Of a stretch of DNA of 64,000 bases, positions 15,414-22,567 are shown in pieces; positions within the stretch are counted from its first letter, which is position 1; every line of letters starts with the position of its first letter. The translations under genes and the position numbers were made by a program. The stretch covers positions 29,116-93,115 of the forward strand of contig CAKSRS010000002.1 of NCBI GenBank assembly GCA_934487205.1. The letters run 5' to 3'. The notes beneath the pieces are model-generated. The model did no database searches. It was not told where the DNA came from and worked only from the letters and a program-made list of their open reading frames with translations. Origin of the DNA: an uncultured Clostridia bacterium (GTDB lineage Bacteria; Bacillota; Clostridia; UBA1381).

Positions 15414-15445
15414 AAAAAAGCAGACACACTTAATTGCATGTCTGC
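15414..15445 (-). terminator. Intrinsic terminator downstream of the cotJC 3' segment
   Basis: Minus strand GCAGACA-ugcaauuaagug-UGUCUGC followed by UUUUUU. Confidence 0.6.
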
Positions 15446-15483
15446 ATAACCAGAATTTGAAAACAGCCCGTTCCCGCCAAATG

Positions 15484-15731
15484 TTATTTATACAAATATG
15501 CAGCATCTGCTGCCAAATCCTCAAACAAATTAGTTATCGGGTCGCCCGTCGACGCAATAGATGCCGACGTGAACGGCGCGCCCTGTGCGCTCTGCGGGAA
15601 AACGCCGTTTCCGTTATCGGCATAATATTCGGGTGAGTGTCCGTTAAGCCAATCCTTTCCGGACGCTCCGTCCGACAGCTGATACACAAGCGTGCCCACC
15701 ATTTCCAGATGCCCCAACTCCTCAGTACCTA
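15484..15731 (-). pseudogene. cotJC: cotJC 3' segment (manganese-catalase-family spore coat protein, split gene)
   Basis: It reads (G)TEELGHLEMVGTLVYQL..GDPITNLFEDLAAD.., which continues the 5' segment at 24101-24285 in frame. Confidence 0.8.
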
Positions 15732-16021
15732 CCTGTTATCCAAAATTGGTATTCTGTCTTAAATGCCCTAAATACTGCACGAATGGGACAATCTGACAAG
15801 GCTATGTATAGTAATGTAAAGGTTACTGTTTTTCTTCCGGTATGATGAATTTAATATTACCTTTTAACAAAAGGTATCATTCCCAAAACTCCCACAAACC
15901 TAACTCTCGTAATGGTTTCAGGATTTTTGAGATTAAAAACTTAATAAAAACACAATTTGAATATTACCTTATGTTCAATAACTGAATGAAAGGTAATATT
16001 TTTCTTTTTGCAAAAAAACGG

Positions 16022-16050
16022 TGTACATTTCATCACAAGCGATATATAAT
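16022..16050 (+). promoter_or_regulatory. Promoter of the tyrosine recombinase gene
   Basis: TGTACA, 17 nt, TATAAT, preceded by AAAACGG. A 9-bp inverted repeat TAATTGTAA/TTACAATTA lies just downstream. Confidence 0.45.
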
Positions 16051-16088
16051 TGTAAAAAATAAAGTTACAATTAAAGGAGCATAAGCAT

Positions 16089-16664
16089 ATGGCTTTACAA
16101 AAAGAGGTTGAACCCATTAAGAACACAAGAGATATTAACAAAATCAAGCAGTATTTATACGGAAAAGAAAACAAGAGGGATTACTGTATATTTGTAGTCG
16201 GTATCAATGTCGGATTAAGGGCAGGGGACCTATTATCACTCAAAATAAAGGACATTACAGACGGAAACATAATATTTGATACTGTAACCATTAAAGAACA
16301 GAAAACGGGCAAAACAAGGAATTTTGCATTAAATAAAAACGCTAAGGAGTCAATAAAAATATATCTTAACTCTTTAACGGATTATGACTTTGAAGATTAT
16401 CTTTTTAAAAGCAGAAAAGGCGGTCATTTAGGGGTAAGACCGTTACATCATATAATTAAGACACTTACAAAGGATTTAGGGATTAAGGGTAATTTCGGGA
16501 CACATACATTAAGAAAAACTATGGCTTATCACAGATACATAAATAATGTGCCGTTAGAAACACTCCAAAAGCTCCTCAATCACTCGTCAAGTGCAATTAC
16601 ATTAAGATATATAGGCATTACTCAAAAAGTGATTATAGACTGCTATAATGCAGTAAATTTATGA
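16089..16664 (+). CDS. Small tyrosine site-specific recombinase (phage integrase family)
   Basis: 191 aa. GLRAGDLLSLK, HTLRKTMAYH and LNHSSSAITLRYI match the R..H-x-x-R..Y catalytic boxes. Confidence 0.75.
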   Translation: MALQKEVEPIKNTRDINKIKQYLYGKENKRDYCIFVVGINVGLRAGDLLSLKIKDITDGNIIFDTVTIKEQKTGKTRNFALNKNAKESIKIYLNSLTDYDFEDYLFKSRKGGHLGVRPLHHIIKTLTKDLGIKGNFGTHTLRKTMAYHRYINNVPLETLQKLLNHSSSAITLRYIGITQKVIIDCYNAVNL

Positions 16665-16665
16665 A

Positions 16666-17475
16666 ATGAGGTTTGGTATTATGTTATTTACAGTCAGAAA
16701 TAATGCGTTCGGTGAAAGTTTACCGAAGAACATAAAAATAGTTAAAAATAAAAAATACGGAATTATGAATGAATTAAACGGCATATATATTTTGCCCGAA
16801 GAATATGACAATATTTTTCTTTACGGTATCAATGTATTTGCCTTGCATAAAAACGGAAAAATCGGATTGTGCAGAATTGAAGATGAAAAGCTTGTTATCC
16901 TTTGTGAGTGTAAATATGATGTGATAGACAATTACAATCATGATTTATTTTTAAGCAATGATGGTGAAACTCTATATTTTAACTCAAATACAAAAGAAGT
17001 CAGAATATTTAAAGAAATTGTAACCGATATGATGTATTTATACGGATATGACAAAAATTATCAATATATCATTCATCAGGAGTCGGGAAAGGTTATCTAT
17101 AAGAAAGAGTTAAACAAATACAATAAATCCTATTATGTTTATTGCGGAGAAAGTGAAAAAGGTGCGGTATTTTACGATACATCATTCAGTACACTTATCT
17201 ATCCGACAGACAAGGGTTATATGCCGTATGAATATCCCTTAAATCACCCTGTAATCGTCAATAAGCATAACGTAATGAATATAATTGACGGCGAAAACGG
17301 TATTGGTATAATTGATTCCGAGGGCAACAGTATTATAGAAAATAATTATGATGAAATTACTGTCGAGCTAAAAATTACGGCGAAAAATAAAAATGAACGT
17401 GTAGAAAAAATAATAAAAATCCCCAATAACACCTTTACAAAAGATAAAGTATCGGATATCGGGGATTGGATTTAA
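16666..17475 (+). CDS. WG-repeat (KWG) containing protein
   Basis: 269 aa. The start is 2 nt after the integrase stop. Repeated KYGI.N..G..I.P.EYD units. Confidence 0.55.
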   Translation: MRFGIMLFTVRNNAFGESLPKNIKIVKNKKYGIMNELNGIYILPEEYDNIFLYGINVFALHKNGKIGLCRIEDEKLVILCECKYDVIDNYNHDLFLSNDGETLYFNSNTKEVRIFKEIVTDMMYLYGYDKNYQYIIHQESGKVIYKKELNKYNKSYYVYCGESEKGAVFYDTSFSTLIYPTDKGYMPYEYPLNHPVIVNKHNVMNIIDGENGIGIIDSEGNSIIENNYDEITVELKITAKNKNERVEKIIKIPNNTFTKDKVSDIGDWI

Positions 17476-17518
17476 TACACATAGAAGAAGCCGGTTATAT
17501 CGAAAAAAGAAACAGACT

Positions 17519-17704
17519 TTATTTATCTGTTTCCTTATTATTTGATTGTTCAAAATTTTCCATAGCATATTCACAGCATTGGATAACAAAGCTGTTTAAG
17601 GAAACCTTTTCGTTTTGTGCCACAACAGACATTTTATCAAGTAAGGATTTGGGAAATCTGAATGTTCTGTTAGCTGTTTCTTCTGTATGACGCACTTTAA
17701 ACAT
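17519..17704 (-). CDS. Ribbon-helix-helix (Arc/CopG-like) small DNA-binding protein
   Basis: 61 aa. AGAGGTGA RBS. RTFRFPKSLLDKMSVVAQNEKVSLNSFVIQCCEYAM fits an RHH fold. Confidence 0.55.
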   Translation of the reverse strand: MFKVRHTEETANRTFRFPKSLLDKMSVVAQNEKVSLNSFVIQCCEYAMENFEQSNNKETDK

Positions 17705-17793
17705 AGTATCACCTCTTACTAAATATTATAAATGCAGATAGTAATTTTATAAACACTATATTTATGCAATTTTATATTGTGTGCAATATGCAC

Positions 17794-17822
17794 TTGACTG
17801 TTTTGAGAAATTGTGATATAAT
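17794..17822 (+). promoter_or_regulatory. Strong promoter upstream of the LRR surface protein gene
   Basis: TTGACT, 17-nt spacer ending in TGA, TATAAT. Confidence 0.55.
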
Positions 17823-17871
17823 CATGACAGATTGGTAATTTCAAAATTTACTATACAAAGGAGTTTTCAAA

Positions 17872-19878
17872 ATGAAAAAAGTATTATCAACAATTATAGT
17901 GATTGTATTATTATTTCAATCACTATCGGCATATGCAGATATTATTGGAGTTGGATATGACATTGTTACAGGGAAAATAGAAAACGGATCAGAAGTATTG
18001 TATCCTACAGGAGACAGGTATTATGAGCCTGTTTGCCTTAAATATGGATATACCGACAAATTCAGTCTTGCTGCCGAAGATACAATGGCAAATAAAATTA
18101 TATGGGGTGTTGGAGATGAAAATATAATAGAAATTACCGAAACCAGCCCGCCCCAAAGTATAATAATTAAAGCTGTAGGCGTAGGTCATACCTCTTTGTA
18201 TGCCTATAAAATGTCTTATGCAGTAGCAACAGGGGAATATTCTTTAATAGGAATGTGTTCAATTCCCATAGACGTTATAGATTCAGGTACATGGGATATT
18301 GTAATACAACCTACTGAAACTGAAAAAGGAATAGCTGTTAAAACACTGGATTCGGGAAAACAAATTTTAGAGGAAATATCTCCGCTTTCAGATACGTCGG
18401 TTTGGACAAACGTTCAAACTGTAAAATCCACATGTACTGAATCTGGTTATGCTATATATTCGTCAAAATATGGTGAAGTAAAAGAAATTATACCCAATAC
18501 GGGTCATCAATGGAAAAAGATTTCCGAAACAGAATTATCGAACGGTGAAATTGATTTATGTTATAAATGCTCATTATGTCGGCTTACAAAAAATGAGAAA
18601 AAGTATAATTATTTGTATTATCTGCGGTCAGATTCAACTATAGGCATATATGGCTTTAATAATGGAAGTAATTTGAGTGGAGAAATTACATTTCCTGCGA
18701 CAATTGACGGCTATGAAGTAAAAGAAGTATCACTTGATTCATCGCGGACAGAATATGATTTAAGTAATGTTACAGGAATTGTCTTTGAAAATGGTATAGA
18801 AAAAATAAATACACCCTTTGCTGAACTGGGAAATTTAGAGTATGTTTTATTGCCCGACACGTTAAAATGTATAGATAGTTATACTTTTAAAAATTGTACT
18901 AAATTGCAGAATGTAGAAATCCCCCACAATGTAACTTCAATCGGAGAACAGGCTTTTGCAGGCTGTAATCATCTTAATTCTGTTATTATAAGTGAAGGAG
19001 TAGAAAAAATTGACAGTTATGCATTTTCTGAATGTCCTATAACAAGGCTTTCGTTGCCAAACTCAATTAAAAATTTAGCTAATGGTTCTTTTAAAGGGAG
19101 TAAAATAACAGAAATATTACTCCCTGAGGGATTAAAAACGTTTAGCATGGGAGCATTTTCAAACGTAGAATATTATTATATTCCTTCAAGTGTTACAAAG
19201 TTAAATGATTTATATGCTCTTAATTCATCGTGTAAGGGTATATATGTTTCAAATAATAATTCTACCTATTCGAGTGATGAATACGGAGTTTTATATAATA
19301 AAAATCAAACCGAATTATTAGTTTATCCTACCGAATTGGACAAGGCAATTTATAATGTTCCCAATGGGGTTGAAACAATAAGCTCAGTAGCATTTGGAAA
19401 CACTGAACAAAAATATTTGAAAACTATTTGTTTCCCTGAAACACTCATAAAAATTTCAAATTCTGCATTCTTTAATTGTCAGAATTTACACAGAGTAGTT
19501 TATGACGGAAGCAAGCAGAATTATTTAAAGATTAATATTGAACTTGGCAATGATGTTTTAAGTGGAGTCGAGGTGGTTTGTAAAAAAACGGGATCAAACA
19601 CATATGAGTCCCTTTCTGATTTAAACGTTGAATTTTCTAAAACTTCATCACGCTGGCACTTTGATATTTCTGATGATACCTATGAAGAAAATGCAATCAT
19701 ATATGTCGGAATATATGATGAAAATAACATATTATTAACAGCGAAATCAGAGAGTATGGTCAGGAATGATATTACCAGTATCTCTATTACAAAGATTAAT
19801 AATTCCAAATTTGCAAAGGTTTACGAATGGGTGAATATGAAACCTGTTGCAAATGTGAAAACCATTGATTTAAATTAA
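17872..19878 (+). CDS. Secreted leucine-rich-repeat (BspA-like) surface protein
   Basis: 668 aa. Signal peptide MKKVLSTIIVIVLLFQSLSAYA. Repeated ..I.IP..VTSIG..AF..C..L..V.. units. Confidence 0.75.
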   Translation: MKKVLSTIIVIVLLFQSLSAYADIIGVGYDIVTGKIENGSEVLYPTGDRYYEPVCLKYGYTDKFSLAAEDTMANKIIWGVGDENIIEITETSPPQSIIIKAVGVGHTSLYAYKMSYAVATGEYSLIGMCSIPIDVIDSGTWDIVIQPTETEKGIAVKTLDSGKQILEEISPLSDTSVWTNVQTVKSTCTESGYAIYSSKYGEVKEIIPNTGHQWKKISETELSNGEIDLCYKCSLCRLTKNEKKYNYLYYLRSDSTIGIYGFNNGSNLSGEITFPATIDGYEVKEVSLDSSRTEYDLSNVTGIVFENGIEKINTPFAELGNLEYVLLPDTLKCIDSYTFKNCTKLQNVEIPHNVTSIGEQAFAGCNHLNSVIISEGVEKIDSYAFSECPITRLSLPNSIKNLANGSFKGSKITEILLPEGLKTFSMGAFSNVEYYYIPSSVTKLNDLYALNSSCKGIYVSNNNSTYSSDEYGVLYNKNQTELLVYPTELDKAIYNVPNGVETISSVAFGNTEQKYLKTICFPETLIKISNSAFFNCQNLHRVVYDGSKQNYLKINIELGNDVLSGVEVVCKKTGSNTYESLSDLNVEFSKTSSRWHFDISDDTYEENAIIYVGIYDENNILLTAKSESMVRNDITSISITKINNSKFAKVYEWVNMKPVANVKTIDLN

Positions 19879-19950
19879 TAATAATTCTTATTTAATTATT
19901 ATGGACACAATTAACACATTACATAAATATTAGAATTAAATCTAATCACT

Positions 19951-20032
19951 CAAAACCACCTTAGAATGAACACGATAGTATAATAATGATTTATATACAA
20001 TATCGTGCAAAATCAATTCTAAGGTGGTTTTG
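19951..20032. terminator. Long hairpin between convergent genes (17-bp perfect stem)
   Basis: CAAAACCACCTTAGAAT (19951-19967) pairs with ATTCTAAGGTGGTTTTG (20016-20032), with an inner CACGATA/TATCGTG stem. Confidence 0.55.
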
Positions 20033-20035
20033 TGT

Positions 20036-20224
20036 TTAGTTATGTTTATTCAGTCTGTACAGAGTCAAGGCAATACTATCATATGCTTTATGAAGTAAAG
20101 GAAGTACATCATAATATTTTTTCGGATAGTACATATAAATGGAGTCCTCCAGGTCTTTAATTGAATTTTTTGTAAAAATAATATCTTGTATAAACTGATT
20201 GTTTGATTTATCCGAATAATCCAT
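20036..20224 (-). CDS. Small hypothetical protein (62 aa)
   Basis: The start is taken at ATG 20224 (AAGGAG RBS). It is the second gene of a two-gene operon. Confidence 0.4.
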   Translation of the reverse strand: MDYSDKSNNQFIQDIIFTKNSIKDLEDSIYMYYPKKYYDVLPLLHKAYDSIALTLYRLNKHN

Positions 20225-20240
20225 ACTGCAACAACTCCTT

Positions 20241-20447
20241 TTAATCATTTTCTGCCACAATGCAGAACTCACCGAAATCATCATACAGTTGAGATAAAAT
20301 ATCTACTAAGGTATCTAAGTCGTATTTGTCGGGGTTAAACTGTAAATCTTCTTTAACAGTCTTTAATCTGTTGATAACAGTTCCGATACTTTTGTCAATA
20401 CTTTTAATTCTGTCAGCCTGTAAATTGTCTTTAAGAATTTTTATCAT
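20241..20447 (-). CDS. Small hypothetical acidic helical protein (68 aa)
   Basis: Clean ORF lying upstream of the 62-aa ORF. Confidence 0.4.
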   Translation of the reverse strand: MIKILKDNLQADRIKSIDKSIGTVINRLKTVKEDLQFNPDKYDLDTLVDILSQLYDDFGEFCIVAEND

Positions 20448-20709
20448 AATATCATCTCCAAAATTGATTTTTATAATTTTATTTTAAAAAATATTCAACA
20501 AATTTTTTCTTGATATTATTCGTTTTGTTGTAGAAAATCAACAACACATTTTTTAATTCTTAAAAATAAATCTACAATCATACGTATTTTGTTTTTAATT
20601 AAAGGAAGTTGTCTTAATACTTTAAAAAAAAGATTTTTTAAAAGTATTAAAGTATAAGTATAAAGCAATATTTATTGTTGCTAAAAATTTATGAAAGGAG
20701 GAATTTGTT

Positions 20710-21240
20710 ATGAATACAAATTCCAATAAAATTTTATTTAAAAAGGTAATTACAAATAAGGTGGTGCTTGATTATCCACGGTTAATCAAGCCCAAGTCTA
20801 ACAAGAATTTTCCCGATTCCGAACCGAAGTATGGTACGACTATCATTATCCCCAAAGATGATGTTAAAACCATCGAAAAAATTAAACAGGCTATTAAAGC
20901 TGTGATTGATAGCGGGTGTTTTACAGATGTCAATGACATAAAATTGCCTTTAAAAGACGGAGATGAGATACATCCTGGGGAAACATTATATAAAAACAGT
21001 ATGTATTTATATGCTTCAAGTTCATTTAAACCTTATTTGGTAGACAGTAAGGTGCAAGAAATCAAATTCCGTATGAATGAGTTCCAAGGCGGCACATATG
21101 CCAAAGTTTGTATGCAGTTTGAACATTATAATTATAATGGTATAAAGGGCATTAAAGCAGAATTAATTAGTGTACAAATTTTAAGTGGCAATAAGCTATT
21201 GGAATCAAGGTCAAAACCCGAAGATGATTTTGAAGTATAG
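20710..21240 (+). CDS. DUF2815-family phage-type single-stranded-DNA-binding protein
   Basis: 176 aa. PKYGTTIIIPKDD..LPLKDGDE..YLYASSSFKP..GGTYAKV..YNYNGIKGIKAEL follows the DUF2815 pattern. AGGAGG RBS. Confidence 0.65.
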   Translation: MNTNSNKILFKKVITNKVVLDYPRLIKPKSNKNFPDSEPKYGTTIIIPKDDVKTIEKIKQAIKAVIDSGCFTDVNDIKLPLKDGDEIHPGETLYKNSMYLYASSSFKPYLVDSKVQEIKFRMNEFQGGTYAKVCMQFEHYNYNGIKGIKAELISVQILSGNKLLESRSKPEDDFEV

Positions 21241-21264
21241 GAAGACGAAGAAGATTAAGAATTT

Positions 21265-21299
21265 TTGTCTGCCGATATAAAAATTATATCGGCAGACAA
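21265..21299. other. 15-bp perfect hairpin immediately upstream of rep (terminator or candidate double-strand origin)
   Basis: TTGTCTGCCGATATA-aaaat-TATATCGGCAGACAA. Confidence 0.5.
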
Positions 21300-21355
21300 C
21301 CCCTTACTTCCATATTTAATTATTATTGATACTTTAGGTACACTTTGGGTGATAA

Positions 21356-22150
21356 GTGATGAAACAGGAAAACAGTAAATCAATCAATGAACACGATTAC
21401 GTTACCTTGTATAAATGCGGTAACTATAAAGAAATTGTATGTTGCAGACAAGATACAATACCGATTCAAATAACAAAACTTACTAAAAATCAATATATAG
21501 ACAATAATACTGGAGAAATTAAAGAATATCACTATACAGGAAATAAAACTCTTAACAATATAAGAAAACAATTTAAAAATATACCAAGACTTATAAAAGG
21601 ATATTTTGACGGAAATAACACAGAACGTTTTATTACTTTAACTTATTCATATATAATGAGTAATCCCTATTGTCTGTCATACGATTTTAAAAAATTTATA
21701 AGAAAGATAAACAGAAGATACGGAAAATGCAGATATATTTACATTAAAGAGCCTAACAGAAAAGGCTCGTGGCATATACACAGTCTTATAAAAAGATTAG
21801 ACGGAAAGCCCTTTACTATTACAGATGAAGTATTACGCAAATTATGGGGAAACGGTTATGCTGTATCGAATGAAATTCTATACAATATTTATACTTTACC
21901 GCAATACTTTGACGTTACAAGATATGATGATAAAAAATCAAGACTTATTTATTATCCGTCTTATTTAAACATTTATGGTTGCTCGGAAGATATGAAGATT
22001 GAAAAGATAAACGGAACATACAAAGACTTAAAACCCTCTGAAATGACAAAAATATATGATTCCGAAAATCAATATATTACGGTCAATAAAGAGGACGGAG
22101 AAATAACAGGACAATGGAAAACTGCATATGAGCAGTATAAGACACAATAA
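21356..22150 (+). CDS. Putative HUH-type rolling-circle replication initiator
   Basis: 264 aa. RFITLTY.., GSWHIHSLIK (an H-hydrophobic-H motif) and downstream Tyr-rich segments. It is adjacent to the SSB gene. Confidence 0.5.
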   Translation: MMKQENSKSINEHDYVTLYKCGNYKEIVCCRQDTIPIQITKLTKNQYIDNNTGEIKEYHYTGNKTLNNIRKQFKNIPRLIKGYFDGNNTERFITLTYSYIMSNPYCLSYDFKKFIRKINRRYGKCRYIYIKEPNRKGSWHIHSLIKRLDGKPFTITDEVLRKLWGNGYAVSNEILYNIYTLPQYFDVTRYDDKKSRLIYYPSYLNIYGCSEDMKIEKINGTYKDLKPSEMTKIYDSENQYITVNKEDGEITGQWKTAYEQYKTQ

Positions 22151-22333
22151 TTTTTTGATTGGGCAGTTAAAACCGACCGCCCGATAAATCCCTAAATCAC
22201 TTAACAAACAACTAATCATACAGATTTAGAGAAACAAAACGGTTTAATATCTTATGTTTGGAGTTGTTTGTTTTGTTTGAAATTTATGTAATAGGTCAAG
22301 CTCTCAATTTCATAAACATTTATATAAAAACGG

Positions 22334-22362
22334 TGTACTTTGTGTGTGAAATGGTATATAAT
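22334..22362 (+). promoter_or_regulatory. Promoter of the serine recombinase operon
   Basis: TGTACT, 17 nt, TATAAT, preceded by AAAACGG. The architecture and 12-mer match the tyrosine recombinase promoter. Confidence 0.45.
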
Positions 22363-22402
22363 TTAAAAGTTTATATCCACACATATTATTTGGTGATGTG
22401 CT

Positions 22403-22567
22403 ATGGAAAATGAGAAAAGTTTTGACACATTACTAATGACAGGTATTTTAAAGGCACTAAAAGAACGGGAATTATTGACCGAAGAAGAATTAAACGAATG
22501 TATCAGAAAAATAGAGAGTGATGAAGAAAATGTTAAAAGTTGCGGCATATTGCAGAGTATCGACTGA
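22403..22567 (+). CDS. Small helical protein (54 aa) overlapping the recombinase start
   Basis: MENEKSFDTLLMTGILKALKERELLTEEELNECIRKIES... It is below the ORF-track length cutoff. Small ORFs of this type often precede clostridial serine recombinase genes. Confidence 0.35.
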   Translation: MENEKSFDTLLMTGILKALKERELLTEEELNECIRKIESDEENVKSCGILQSID

